A stretch of DNA of 64,000 nucleotides from Malacoraja senta (GCA_038087875.1 JAXLNO010000446.1:310001-374000), one strand, 5' to 3'; positions 1 to 13,945 are shown, numbered from the stretch's first letter. Made by a program: numbers and translations. Notes: a model not told the origin generated them from the letters alone.

Positions 1-329
1 GGTGTATAAAATCATGAGGTGAATAGAAAGGGTCCCAGGGTAGAGCTGTACAACACAGAAACAGGCCTTTCGGCCCACCTAGTCCATGCTGACCAAGTTG
101 GCATACTATGTTAGTCCCATGTGCCTGCATTAGGCCAACAGGCCTCTAAACCCTTCCTATCCATATATCTGTCCATGCGTTTAAAAGCCGTAATTGTATC
201 CACTTCAATAACTTCCTCCTGCAGCTCACCGCAGATCTGCACTACCCTCTGCGTGGAATGGTTGCCCCGAGATCCCTCTTAGATTTCTCACCTCGATCTT
301 AACCCTATGCCCTCTAGTTTTAGATTCTA

Positions 330-745
330 CTAGACCAAGTGCAGACCCGTTGGGTCTGTTCCCCCAACGTGCGGTTGCGGGGGGGTGAAGGGGGGGAGGG
401 GGTGGCATGTGGCGTCACACACACTAACTACCACCCCACACACATGCTAACTACCCCCCTTGATATTATATTAATATTATTAATTTGCTCCTTTTACCCC
501 ATAACCGCCCTATGCACTGACGCATAGCCCCCAACTCGCAGGCACGTCTAGAGAGGGGGGCGGGGTAGAGAGTGAGGGCAGAGAGAGAATGGGGAGCGAC
601 AGAGAGGGAGGGGCAGAGACAGAAGGGCAAGAGACAGAGGGAGAGGGGGATGGAGGGGAGGAGGAGAGGATGGGTGTGTGAGGGGGGAGGGTGGGGGAGG
701 AGGGGAGAGGGAGATGGGGAGAGAGTGGGGAGGGGGAGGGTGTAT
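330..745 (-). mobile_element. Non-autonomous Helitron-like 3' end fragment
   Basis: The minus strand reads hairpin CAGACCC-aac-GGGTCTG (342-358), an 8-nt spacer, then CTAG|T (333-329), the canonical Helitron 3' signature. A purine-rich low-complexity tract lies internally. Confidence 0.6.
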
Positions 746-1130
746 GGAACAAGGGGAATAGATAGGGTAGATGCGCAGTCCTAGGCCCGCTCCTCGTGTG
801 TGATCAGGGAGTGAATGTATAGAGTCTTTTACCCAGAGTAGGGAAATCGAGAACCAGAGGACGTAGGCTTAAGGTGAGGGGGGAAAGATTTAATAGGAAC
901 CTGAGGGGCAACTATTTTCACACAGAGAGTGATTGGGTGTATGGAACAAGCTGCCAGAGGAGGTAGTTGAGACAGGGACTATAACAACATTTAAAAGACA
1001 TTTAGACAGGTACATGGATAGGACAGGTTTAGAGGGATATAGACCAAAGGGGGCCAGGTGGGACTAGCATAGATGGGGCATGTTGGTTGGCGTGGACAAG
1101 ACCTGTACCCGTGCTGCATGACTCTATAAC
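745..1130 (+). mobile_element. Degenerate CR1 LINE 3' fragment
   Basis: RGIDRVDA / FFTQRV..VWN.LP-type ORF2 C-terminus and 3' UTR. Confidence 0.75.
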
Positions 1131-2042
1131 TCGAAAACATTTTTTAGGCAGATTAATGTGATTTATTCTGTATTGGCATAGATCATTGGCGCTGGAAACC
1201 TGGAACAAAGTTCCGTTTTCATTCCACGGGAGAGTCTCATGTAAATATTACATTGACATTCACTTCAATGGATCCAGCTCACATCTGTACTAAAGCTGTA
1301 CACATGCCAAAGTCACTTTATTTTCCCATTAATGGGATATCTCATCATTACTTGTCTGTCAGTGGATATATTCTCGATACTGCTGACAGCTCAGATGTTA
1401 TGTTTATTGTAATATAATTATAGAAAAATTGCATGTCTTGTTTTTTTGTGAATGGGAGAACTATCTCGCTGATTGAGAGAGACAGTTTCCCCATTTAAAA
1501 AAAAACAAGACATCCAATCCTCTAATCACAGAGTAATAGTCATGTAGCACACAAACAGGCCCTTCGGCCCAACCTGTCCATGCCAACTAATGTCAGCTAG
1601 TCCTATTTGTCTGCGTTTGGCCCTCACCCATCCAAAGCTTCCCTTTCCATGTACCTATCCAAGTGACCTTAGACAAAACATGTTCCTGATGTTGGGGGAG
1701 TCCAGAACCAGGGGCCATAGTTTTAGAATAAGGGGTAGGCCATTTAGAACGGAGATGAAGAAAAACTTTTTCTCACAGTTGTGAATTTGTGGAATTCTCA
1801 AGTCAAGAATCAAGATTCCTTTATTGTCATTCAGACCTTTCGGTCTGAACGAAATTGTGATGCCTGCAGTCATACACAGAACCAATAATAACAAAACATA
1901 CAATAAACACAAATTAAACATCCACCACAGTGAGTTCACCAAGCACATCCTCACTGTGATGGAGGCAAAGTCTTAGTCTCCGTCTCTTCCCTGCCTCAGA
2001 TGGCAGTGAAGGCTGATTCACTGGATACTTTCAAGAGAGTTA

Positions 2043-2710
<668 letters not shown>

Positions 2711-3215
2711 TGGTTCTTGAGGCAGGTACTGTAACAACATTTATAAGATATAGATACACCTAGGAAGGATGTCGTTAAGCTGGAAAGAGTACAGAGAAGA
2801 TTTACGAAGTTGTGGTCAGGACATGATGGGCGAAGTTGAGCAGGCTAGGACTCTATTCTTTGTGCAGGAGAACGAGGGGTGATCTTATAGAGGGGATCTT
2901 GAGGGAATAGATAGAATCTATTCAATGCACAGAATCTTTAAGAATCTTTAATCTTTAAGAATCCCCTTGAGAGAGGAAGATTGAATAGGAACCAGAGGGG
3001 CAACTTTTGCACACAGCGGGTGGTGGATGTATGGAACGAGCTGCTGAAGGAGGTAGTTGAAGCACGTTCTTTCACAGCATTTAAAAGATATTTGGACAGG
3101 GACATGGATAGGAAAGATATAGAGGGAATGGGCCAAATGCGGGCAATGGGAAGAGTTTAGAATTGGTATCTTGGTCGGCAGGGCCGAGTTTGGTGGGCCT
3201 GTTTCTATGACTATG

Positions 3216-3700
3216 ACTTTTCAACAATGGCTTTCTTCTTGCCACTCTTCCATAAAGGTCAAATTTGTGGAGTGCACGACTAATAGTTGTCCTGTGGACA
3301 GATTCTCCCACCTGAGCTGTGGATCTCTGCAGCTCCTCCAGAGTTACCATGGGCCTCTTGGCTGCTTCTCTGATCAATGCTCTCCTTGCCCGGCCTGTCA
3401 GTTTAGGTGGACGGCCATGTCTTGGTAGGTTTGCAGTTGTGCCATACTCTTTCCATTTTCGGATGATGGATTGGACAGTGCTCCGTGAGATGTTCAAAGC
3501 TTGGGATATTTTTTATAACCTAACCCTGCTTTAAACTTCTCCACAACTTTATCCCTGACCTGTCTGGTGTGTTCCTTGGGCTTCATGATGCTGTTTGTTC
3601 ACTAATGTTCTCTAACAAACCTCTGAGGCCTTCACAGAACAGCTGTATTTATACTGAGATTAGATTACACACAAGTGGACTCTATTTACTAATTAGGTGA
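3216..3700 (-). mobile_element. Tc1-family transposon 5' fragment (paired-type HTH region of the transposase)
   Basis: ATG at 3586 gives MKPKEHTRQVRDKVVEKFKAGLGYKK. One frameshift in an A-run near 3510 follows, then ISRSTVQSIIRKWKEYGTTANLPRHGRPPKL...LYGRVARRKPLL. Runs into the gap. Confidence 0.9.
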
Positions 3701-3900
3701 NNNNNNNNNNNNNNNNNNNNNNNNNNNNNNNNNNNNNNNNNNNNNNNNNNNNNNNNNNNNNNNNNNNNNNNNNNNNNNNNNNNNNNNNNNNNNNNNNNNN
3801 NNNNNNNNNNNNNNNNNNNNNNNNNNNNNNNNNNNNNNNNNNNNNNNNNNNNNNNNNNNNNNNNNNNNNNNNNNNNNNNNNNNNNNNNNNNNNNNNNNNN
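3701..3900. other. Assembly gap (200 N)
   Basis: N run. Confidence 1.
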
Positions 3901-3927
3901 ACTTTATACTTTGGTTTTGCACTATTA

Positions 3928-4253
3928 GACACAATAGACAATAGGTGCAGGAGTAGGCCATTCGGCCCTTCGAGCCAGAACCGCCATTCAATGTGATCAT
4001 GGCTGATCATCCACAATCAGTACCCCATTCCTGCCTTCTCCCCATATCCCCTGACTCTGCTATCTTTAAGAGCCCTATCTAGCTCTCTCTTGAAAGCATC
4101 CAGAGAACTTGCCTCCACCGCCCTCTGAGGCAGAGAATTCCACAGACTCACCACTCTCTGTGTGAAAAAGTGTTTCCTCGTCTCCGTTCTAAATGGCTTA
4201 CTCCTTATTCTTAAACTGTGGCCCCTGGTTCTGGACTCCCCCAACATCGGGAA
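3928..4253 (-). mobile_element. CR1 LINE 3' end
   Basis: MLGESRTRGHSLRIR...GEKAG, the conserved 3' UTR and a (tattgtc)n tail. Confidence 0.9.
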
Positions 4254-4329
4254 AGACTATTATGGTCTTTTTACTATGAGTATTACTGATTATTAATTGA
4301 TTGTATCATTGATTTTTGAAGAAAATGGT

Positions 4330-7300
4330 GATTGGTGGGAGGGGGAGGGACTCAAATAGAGAATGCTATTAGACAGTGTGTGAGGCAGGAGGCAGAGAAG
4401 GAAAGCACTCAGACCCAACATGTAGGGGGGAAAGAAGAAAACAATAATAAACAGAGAATAAGAGGTGGTGGGGTTCTTAAATGGGTGAGCAGAGAAACAG
4501 AGGGGTGTAAAATGCGGGCGGAAGCAATAGGTAGCAAGGTGAAAAGTAAAAGTGGCAGGCAGACAAAGCCAGGGCAAAAATCAAAAAGAGCCACTTTCCA
4601 ACATAATTGTATAAGGGGTAAGAGCGTTGTAAAAACAAGCCTGAAGGCTTTGTGTCTCAATGCAAGGAGTATTCGCAATAAGGTCGATGAGTTGAACGTG
4701 CAGATAGCAATTAATGATTATGATATAGTTGGGATCACGGAGACATGGCTCCAGGGTGACCAAGGCTGGGAGCTGAACATCCAGGAATATTCAACATTCA
4801 GGAGGGATAGAGAGAAAGGAAAAGGAGGTGGGGTAGCGTTGCTGGTTAGAGAGGAGATTAACGCAGTGGAAAGGAAGGACATTAGCTTGGAGGATGTGGA
4901 ATCGGTATGGGTAGAGCTGCGAAACACTAAGGGGCAGAAAACGCTGGTGGGTGTTGTGTACAGGCCACCTAGCAGTAGTAGTGAAGTTGGGGATGGCATC
5001 AAACAGGAAATTAGAAATGCGTGCAACAAAGGCAAAACAGTGATAATGGGTGACTTCAATCTACATATAGATTGGGTGAATCAAATTGGCAGGGGTGCTG
5101 AGGAAGAGGATTTCTAGGAATGTATGAGGGATAGTTATCTAAACCAACATGTAGAGGAACCAACGAGAGAGCAGGCTATTCTAGACTGGGTATTGAGTAA
5201 TGAGGAAGGGTTAGTTAGCAGACTTGTTGTGCGTGCCCCCTTGGGCAAGAGTGACCATAATATGGTTGAGTTCTTCATTAGGATGGAGAGTGACATTGTT
5301 AATTCAGAAACAACGGTTCTGAACTTAAAGAAAGGTAACTTTGAGGGTATGAGACGTGAATTGGCCAAAATTGACTGGCAATTAGTTCTAAAAGGGTTGA
5401 CGGTGGATATGCAATGGAAGGCATTTAAAGACTGCATGGATGAACTACAAAAATTGTTCATCCCAGTTTGGCAAAAGAATAAATCAGGGAAGGTAGTGCA
5501 TCCGTGGATAACAAGGGAAATCAGGGATAGTATCAAAGCAAAAGATGATGCGTACAAATTAGCCAGAAAAAGCAGCATACCAGAGGACTGGGAGAAATTC
5601 AGAGACCAGCAGAGGAGGACAAAGGGCTTAATTAGGAAAGGGAAAATGGATTATGAAAGGAAACTGGCAGGGAACATAAAAACTGACTGCAAAAGTTTTT
5701 TATAGATATGTGAAGAGAAAGAGATTAGTTAAAACAAATGTAGGTCCCTTGCAGTCAGAAACAGGTGAATTGATCATGGGGAACAAGGATATGGCGGACC
5801 AATTGAATAACTACTTTGGTTCCGTCTTCACTAAGGAAGACATAAATAATCTGCCGGAAATAGCAGGGGGCCGCGGGTCAAAGGAGATGGAGGAACTGAG
5901 TGAAATCCAAGTTAGTCGGGAGGTGGTGTTGCGTAAATTGAATGGATTAAAGGCCGATAAATCACCAGGGCCAGATAGGCTGCATCCCAGAGTACTTAAG
6001 GAAGTAGCTCCAGAAATAGTGGATGCATTAGTGATAATTTTTCAAAACTCTTTAGATTCTGGAGTAGTTCCTGAGGATTGGAGGGTAGCAAACGTAACCC
6101 CACTTTTTAAGAAGGGAGGGAGAGAGAAAACGGGGAATTACAGACCAGTTAGTCTAACATCGGTAGTGGGGAAACTTCTAGAGTCAGTTATTAAAGATGG
6201 GATACCAGCACATTTGGAAAGTGGTGAAATCATTGGACAAAGTCAGCATGGATTTACGAAAGGTAAATCGTGTCTGACGAATCTTATAGAATTTTTCGAG
6301 GATGTAACTAGTAGAGTGGATAAGGGAGAACCAGTGGATGTGTTGTATCTGGACTTTCAGAAGGCTTTCGACAAGGTACCACATAAGAGATTAGTGTACA
6401 TAGAAACATAGAAACATAGAAATTAGGTGCAGGAGTAGGCCATTCGGCCCTTCGAGCCTGCACCGCCATTCAATATGATCATGGCTGATCATCCAACTCA
6501 GTATCCCGTACCTGCCTTCTCTCCATACCCTCTGATCCCTTTAGCCACAAGGGCCATATCTAACTCCCTCTTAAATATAGCCAATGAACTGGCCTCGACT
6601 ACACTCTTAAACTATACAAACTTAAAGCACACGGTATTGGGGGTTCAGTATTGATGTGGATAGAGAACTGGCTGGCAAACAGGAAGCAAAGAGTAGGAGT
6701 AAACGGGTCCTTTTCACAATGGCAGGCAGTGACTAGTGGGGTACCGCAAGGCTCAGTGCTGGGACCCCAGCTATTTACAATTTATATTAATGATCTGGAC
6801 GAGGGAATTGAAAGCAACATCTCCAAGTTTGCGGATGACACTAAGCTGGGGGGCAGTGTTAGCTGTGAGGAGGATGCTAGGAGACTGCAAGTTGACTTGG
6901 ATAGGCTGGGTGAGTGGGCAAATGTTTGGCAGATGCAGTATAATGTGGATAAATGTGAGGTTATCCACTTTGGTGGCAAAAACGGGAAGGCAGACTATTA
7001 TCTAAATGGTGGCCGATTAGTAAATGGGGAGATGTAGCGAGACCTGGGTGTCATGGTACACCAGACATTGAAAGTAGGCATGCAGGTGCAGCAGGCAGTG
7101 AAGAAAGCGAATGGTATGTTGGCCTTCATAGCAAGAGGATTTGAGTATAGGAGCAGGGAGGTTCTACTGCAGTTGTACAGGGTCTTGGTGAGACCACACC
7201 TGGAGTATTGCGTACAGTTTTGGTCTCCAAATCTGAGGAAGGACATTATAGCCATAGAGGGAGTGCAGAGAAGGTTCACCAGACTGATTCCTGGGATGTC

Positions 7301-7765
7301 AGGACTTTCATATGAAGAAAGACTGGATAGACTTGGCTGATACTCGCTAGAATTTAGGAGATTGAGAGGGGATCTTATAGAAACGTACAAAATTCTTGTG
7401 GGGTTGGACAGGCTAGATGCAGGAAGACTGTTCCCGATGTTGGGGAAGTCCAGGACAAGGGGTCACAGCTTAAGGATAAGGGGGAAATCCTTTAAGACCG
7501 AGATGAGGAAAAACGTTTTCACACAGAGAGTGGTGAATCTCTGGAACTCTCTGCCACAGAGGGTAGTTGAGGCCAGTTCATTGGCTATATTTAAGAGGGA
7601 GTTAGATGTGGCCCTTGTGGCTAAAGGGATCAGGGGGTATGGAGAGAAGGCAGGTACGGGATACTGAGTTGGATGATCAGCCATGATCATATTGAATGGC
7701 GGTGCAGGCTCGAAGGGCCGAATGGCCTACTCCTGCACCTATTTTCTATGTATCTATGTATCTAT
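4330..7765 (+). mobile_element. Near-complete CR1 ORF2 (AP endonuclease + RT), inactivated
   Basis: Motifs [53 protein letters not shown]. Stop at about 5115, frameshift near 5700, further stops, an antisense insertion at 6400-6612 and a (tctatg..) tail. Confidence 0.95.
6400..6612 (-). mobile_element. 5'-truncated CR1 3' end inserted antisense into the RT of a same-family CR1
   Basis: (tagaaaca)n tail plus 3' UTR interrupts ..RLVY|KLKAHG..; short taca duplication at the flanks. Confidence 0.85.
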
Positions 7766-7831
7766 GGTGAAGAGACATCAGTGACTGTCAATGTGATCTT
7801 TGGTAGAAGCAAGCAACTGCAGGTCCTCTTT

Positions 7832-8495
7832 AGACACAAGTGCTGGAGTAACTCAGAGGGACAGGCAGCATCTCAAAAGAGAAGGAATGGGTGATGTTTC
7901 GGATCGTGACCCTTCTTCAGACTGAGGGTCAGGGGAAAGGGAAACGAGAGATATAGACGATGATGTGGAGAGATACAGAACAAATGAATGAAAGAAAAAA
8001 GTAAGGATGATAAAGGAAACAGGCCATTGTCAGCTGATTGCTGGGTGAGAGTGAGAAGCTGGTGTAATTTGGGTGGGGGAGGGATGGAGAGGGAGGGAAT
8101 GCCAGTGTTACTTGAAGTTAGCTAAATCAATATTCATACCACTGGGGTGTAAGGTGCCCAAGCGAACTATGAGATGCTGTTCCTCCAATTAGCGTTTAGC
8201 CTCACTCTGACAATGGAGGAGACCGAAGACAGAAAGGTCTGTGGGGGAATGGGAGGGGGAATTAAAGTGTCCAGCAACCGGGAGATCAGGTAGGTTCCGG
8301 TGGACTGAGCGAAGGTGTTCCTGGACAGAGTCGAGGGAGGAGGTATAGCGACAGGTGTTGCATCTTCTGCGGTTGCTGGGGAAGGTACCTGGGGAGGGGG
8401 TGGTTTGGGTGGGAAGGGATGAGTTAACCAGGGAACTGCGGAGGGAGCGGTCTCTGCGGAAGGCGGAAAAGGGTGGAGATGGGAAAAATGTGGCT
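7832..8495 (-). mobile_element. Penelope-like element 3' fragment (GIY-YIG remnant + terminal repeat)
   Basis: Degenerate reverse complement of the 36855-37955 element, including the ctgaagaagggt..ccgaaacatcac motif at about 7890-7921. Confidence 0.75.
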
Positions 8496-9292
8496 AGTGG
8501 AACCCCTATTCCTAAAAGAATGAGGACATCTCGGATGTTCCAGTGTGGAACACCACATCTTGGGCGCAGATGCGACGTAGACGGAGGAATGGGGAATCAC
8601 CCTGTATCCACCTATCACTTGCCAGGCTTTGTTCGGCTCACAACTCCTCCAGTTATCTCCCCTCTACCGCAATCTGTCTGAAGAAAGGTCCCGATATAGA
8701 CCATCACCTTTCCATGTTCTCTACATTGATTTGTTTGACCTGAATCGAAACCTCCAAAACAGTGTGTGATGTATCTGTGTACCATACAGGCTTGACAGAG
8801 AGCAACTCTCTGTGGAATATCGTGCAAGATACTGCCTGCCTGAACATTCATTGTCTAGTGCAGAGATACAGCATGGAAACAGGCCCTTCGGCCCACCAAG
8901 TCCATGCCGACCATCTATCACCGGTTCACACTAGTTCTATGTTATCCCACTTTCTCATCCACTCCCTACACACGAGGGACAATTTACAGAGGGCCGATTA
9001 ACCAGCAAACCCGCGAGTCTTTGGGATGTCTTTGTCATAGACAGATGTTGCAAATAGCGGAAGGAAAGTGTGAGTTGGTTTCATTTGTGGTTATGGCACG
9101 TGTGAATTCATTCAATCCGGCACATTGATGGAAGTTTATACATTCAGACATCACCATCATCATAACGTGCGTGCCACTGGGAGCAAGTCCCTTACACTTC
9201 CACTGACATTCATGAGCGATACTTTATCATCTCTACTTCCTGTACATGAGTCAGCGTCCATGACCTCACAAGGTTGTTAGGCTCGTAGATAC

Positions 9293-9735
9293 ACACAAAA
9301 TGCTGCAGTAACTCAGCAGAACAGGCAGCATCTCTGGAGAGAAGGAATAGATCACGGTTCGGGTCAACACCCTTCTCCAGACTGAGAGTCAGGGGAGAGT
9401 GGAGAGCTTACACCCCAGTGGTATGAATATTGACTTCTCTAACTTCAAGTAACCCTTGCTTTCCCCTCTCTCCTCCATCTTAGTTCTCCGACTAGTTTGA
9501 CTGTCCTCCTGATTACATCTTAGTTTGTATGCCTCATTGTCACCTTCCCCAGCTAACAAGGATCTATTCTACATTTCCCTTCACCTCATCTCATTTGATG
9601 TCTCGTTTTCACACCTTCTACTTCCATCTTTACGGCTCACGCTCCTCTGACTCTCAGTCTGAAGATCTCGACCTGCAACGTCACCCATTCCTTCTCTCCA
9701 GAGATGCTGCCTGACCCGCTGAGTTACTCCAGCAC
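9293..9735 (+). mobile_element. Short Penelope-derived element with inverted terminal repeats
   Basis: Inverted caaaatgctg..taactcagc..gcagcatctctggagagaagg copy at the left, the GIY-YIG tail ttacaccccagtggtatgaatattgac, and the direct terminal repeat at the right. Confidence 0.7.
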
Positions 9736-10398
9736 TCTGTGAAACGTCACCTATCCATGTTCTCCACAGATGCTGCCTGACCCACTGAGTTACTCCAGCA
9801 CTCTGTGAAACGTCACCTATCCATGTTCTCCAGAGATGCTGCCTGACCCGCTGAGTTACTCCAGCACTCTGTGAAACGTCACCTATCCATGTTCTCCACA
9901 GATGCTGCCTGACCCGCTGAGTTACTCCAGCACTCTGTGAAACGTCACCTATCCATGTTCTCCACAGATGCTGCCTGACCCGCTGAGTTACTCCAGCACT
10001 CTGTGAAACGTCACCTATCCATGTTCCGGCAGCATCTATAGAGCGAAGGAAATAGGCAACGTTTCGGCCCGAAACCCTTCCGGGTTTCGGCCCAAAACGT
10101 TGCCTATTTCCTTCAGGGTTTCGGCCCGAAAGGTTGCCCATTTCCTTCGCTCCACAGATGCTGCCTGACCCGCTGAGTTACTCCAGCACTCTGTGAAACG
10201 TCACCTATCCATGTTCTCCACAGATGCTGCCTGACCCGCTGAGTTACTCCAGCACTCTGTGAAACGTCACCTATCCATGTTCTCCACAGATGCTGCCTGA
10301 CCCGCTGAGTTACTCCAGCACTCTGTGAAACGTCACCTATCCATGTTCTCCACAGATGCTGCCTGACCCACCTGCTGAGTTACTCCAGCACTCTGTGT
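9700..10398 (+). repeat. 66-bp tandem array with embedded 138-bp fold-back cassette (10028-10165)
   Basis: Unit cacagatgctgcctgacccgctgagttactccagcactctgtgaaacgtcacctatccatgttctc, about 9 copies. Confidence 0.95.
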
Positions 10399-10719
10399 CT
10401 GAGAGGGGAACTAATGGTATGAAAAGGTACACAACATATCAGAGCCAGCACTGAAGACCCAGGAATGTTGGAGCCCACAATGGTCCATTGTTGGTTGTGG
10501 AGGAGGTGATAATAAGGGGGATACAAACAGTGAAACTAGCAGGATGACTACGGTGGGGGAGGGATGGAGAGAGAGGGAATGCAAGGGTTACTTGAAACTA
10601 GAGAAATCAATATTTGCGCAGGTTATTTTAAAATCGTAAACAGCATTGTTTGTGGTGAAGAACTCAGAGAGTAGCGATCCTTGTAACCTGCTCCTGGGTA
10701 AATGGTGGCTTGTGATGAA

Positions 10720-12030
10720 TCCACAGGATCGGTCCGAGTCAGCATGGATTTACAAAGGGGAAATCTTGTTTGACTAATCATGAGGATGTAACTAGGAAAA
10801 TGGACAAGGGAGAGCCAGTGAATGTAGTGTACCTGGACATTCAGAAAGCCTTTGATAAGGTCCCACATAGGAGATTAGTGGGCACAATTAGGGCACATAG
10901 TATTGGGGGTAGAGTGCTGACATGGACAGAAAATTGGTTGGCAGACAGGAAACAAAGAGTAGGGATTAACGGGTCCCTTTCAGAATGGCAGGCTGTGACT
11001 AGTGGGGTACCGCAAGGCTCGGTGCTGGGACCGCAGCTATTTACAATATACATCAATGATTTAGATGAAGGGATTAAAAGTAACATTAGCAAATTTGCAG
11101 ATGACACAAAGCTGGGTGGCAGTGTGAACTGTGAGGAGGATGCAATGAGAATGCAGGATGACTTGGACAGGTTGGGTGAGTGGACAGATGCATGGCAGAT
11201 GCAGTTTAATGTGGATAAACGTGAGGATATCCACTTTGGGTGGCAAAAACAGGAAGGCAGATTATTATCTGAAAGTTGTCAAGTTGGGGAAAAAGGGAAG
11301 TACAACGAGATCTGGGGGTCCTTGTTCATCAGTCACTGAAGGTAAGGATGCAGGTACAACAGGTAGTGAAGAAGGCTAATGGCATGTTGGCCTTTATAAC
11401 AAGAGGAGTTGAGTATCGGAGCAAAGAGGTCATTCTGCAGTTGTACAGGTAGCTAGTGAGACCACACTTGGAGTATTGTGTGCAGTTTTGGTCTCCAAAC
11501 TTGAGGAAGGACATTCTTGCTATTGAGGGACTGCAGCGTAGGTTTACAAGGTTAATTCCCAGGATGGCGGGACTGTCACATGATGATAGATTGGAGCGGC
11601 TGGGCTTGTACACTCTGGAATTTAGAAGGATGAGAGGGGTTCTTATTGAAACATATAAGATTATTAAGGGCTTGGACATGCTAGAGGCAGGAAACATGTT
11701 CCTGATGTTGGGGGGAGTCCAGAGCCAGGGGCCACAGTTTAAGAATAAGGGGTAAGCCATTTAGAATAGATACGAGGAAACACTTTTTCACACAGAGAGT
11801 TGTGAGTCTGTGGAATTCTCTGCCTCAGAGGGCGGTGGAGGCCGGTTCTCTGGATGCTTTCAAGAGAGAGATAGATAGAGCTCTTAAAGATAGCGGAGTC
11901 AGGGGATATGGGGAGAAGGCAGGAACGGGGTACTGATTGGGGATGATCAGCCATGATCACATTGAATGGCGGTGCTGGCTCGAAGGGCCGAATGGCCTAC
12001 TCCTGCACCTATTGTCTATTGTCTATTGTC
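10720..12030 (+). mobile_element. 5'-truncated CR1 LINE (RT + 3' UTR)
   Basis: [27 protein letters not shown]; frameshifts; (tattgtc)n tail. Confidence 0.93.
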
Positions 12031-12152
12031 CTGTACACACTAACACTACCCGACACACAATAACACTATCCCACACACACTAACACTATCCTCCACACAC
12101 TAACACTATCCCACACACACTAACACTATCCTACACACACTAACACTATCCT
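12030..12152. repeat. About 21-bp tandem repeat (cacactaacactatcc..)
   Basis: About 5-6 visible copies, derived from a SINE 3' segment. Confidence 0.85.
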
Positions 12153-12650
12153 GGCTCGTAGGGCGAATGGCCTAATCCTGCACCTATTGTCTATTATCCA
12201 TTGTCTAAATCAAGCCATTTAGTGTTTGGATACATGATAAGGGAATAACGTTTAGTCCAAGGTAAAGGCAGTAAAGTCCGATCAGGGATAGCCTGAGGGT
12301 TCACCAATGAGTAGTTCAGGTCTGCTGTCTGGTTGTGGTTGGACAATAGACAATAGGTTCAGTTGCCTGATAAGAGCTGGGAAGAAACTGTCCTTGAATC
12401 TGGTGCGGGTTTGTGGGGATAATCTGTAAATTGCCCCTGGTGTGTAGGGAGTGGATGAGAAAGATTGATAACATAGACCTGGTGTGAACAGGTGATCGAT
12501 GGTTGGTGTGGGCTTGATGGGTGGATGGGCCTATTTCCATGCTGTATCTCTAAACTAAACGACAGGCCGAATAGCAACAACAACCTTCTCTCTTCCCCAA
12601 CCTCTCCCACCCACTGACTCTCTCTGTCTGTCTGTCTGCCAGTGGGGAAG

Positions 12651-13173
12651 GATACATAGATACATAGAAAATAGGTGCAGGAGTAGGCCATTCGGCCCTT
12701 CGAGCCTGCACCGCCATTCAATATGATCATGGCTGATCATCCAACTCAGTATCCCGTACCTGCCTTCTCTCCATACACCCTGATCCCTTTAGCCACAAGG
12801 GCCACATCTAACTCCCTCTTAAATATAGCCAATGAACTGGCCTCAACTACCCTCTGTGGCAGAGAGTTCCAGAGATTCACCACTCTCTGTGTGAAAAAGT
12901 TTTTCCTCATCTCGGTCTTAAAGGATTTCCCCCTTATCCTTAAGCTGTGACCCCTTGTCCTGGACTTCCCCAACATCGGGAACAATCTTCCTGCATCTAG
13001 CCTGTCCAACCCCATAAGAATTTTGTACGTTTCTATAAGATCCCCTCTCAATCTCCTAAATTCCAGCGAGTATAAGCCAAGTCTATCCAGTCTTTCTTCA
13101 TATGAAAGTCCTGACATCCCAGGAATCAGTCTGGTGAACCTTCTCTGCACTCCCTCTATGGCTATAATGTCCA
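12651..13173 (-). mobile_element. 5'-truncated CR1 LINE
   Basis: DIIAIEGVQRRFTRLIPG...GEKAGTGY plus 3' UTR, near-identical to the 4330 family. Confidence 0.93.
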
Positions 13174-13527
13174 GGATGTGGTGAGGTTGTAAGCATGAGG
13201 ATGAGTAGTGTCGTGTGGACATGGTTGGTGAGTGAACTTAGTGGTGCAGTTGTGGTCAGTTGTGCAACGCCTGGCATCATCATCCCTGTCCTTGCTGGGA
13301 TGTGTCATCCCCAGATGGACAACGATGCTGACCACAGAGATGTCATCCCCAGATGGACTCACTGACGTTGACCACAGGCATCTGCTTCTGCCCGAGATAC
13401 TCCAGCCAGGCCTCTGTGGATGTTGTCACATTCACCACTCTTCCCTCAAGAGCTGCCTCACACATTGCACAACTCTCCAAACTCATGCCATTCTACACTG
13501 TAAGTAAGCAACACCCCAAACCTACAG

Positions 13528-13945
13528 ACCTATCCATGTTCTCCACAGATGCTGCCTGACCCGCTGAGTTACTCCAGCGTTACTCTGTGAAACGTCACCT
13601 ATCCATGTTCTCCACAGATGCTGCCTGACCCGCTGAGTTACTCCAGCACTCTGTGAAACGTCACCTATCCATGTTCCGGCAGCATCTATAGAGCGAAGGA
13701 AATAGGCAACGTTTCGGCCCGAAACCCTTCCGGGTTTCGGTCCAAAACATTGCCTATTTCCTTCAGGGTTTCGGCCCGAAAGGTTGCCCATTTCCTTCGC
13801 TCCACAGATGCTGCCTGACCCGCTGAGTTACTCCAGCACTCTGTGAAACGTCACCTATCCATGTTCTCCACAGATGCTGCCTGACCCGCTGAGTTACTCC
13901 AGCACTCTGTGTATTTTTTATAATCCAGCACCTGCAGTTCCATGT
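13528..13945 (+). repeat. 66-bp tandem array with 138-bp fold-back cassette (13678-13815)
   Basis: Same unit and cassette as 9700-10398. Confidence 0.93.

Noticed and set aside
9581..10398. 66-bp arrays as a CRISPR array or a 22-aa repeat protein
   Set aside because: No unique spacers, no cas genes and a eukaryotic context; the frame stays open only because the 66-nt unit is a multiple of 3 and has no stop in that frame.
13175..13505. Unique sequence ending in GTAAGT as the missing vegfc exon
   Set aside because: No VEGF homology-domain residues recognised and no convincing acceptor.
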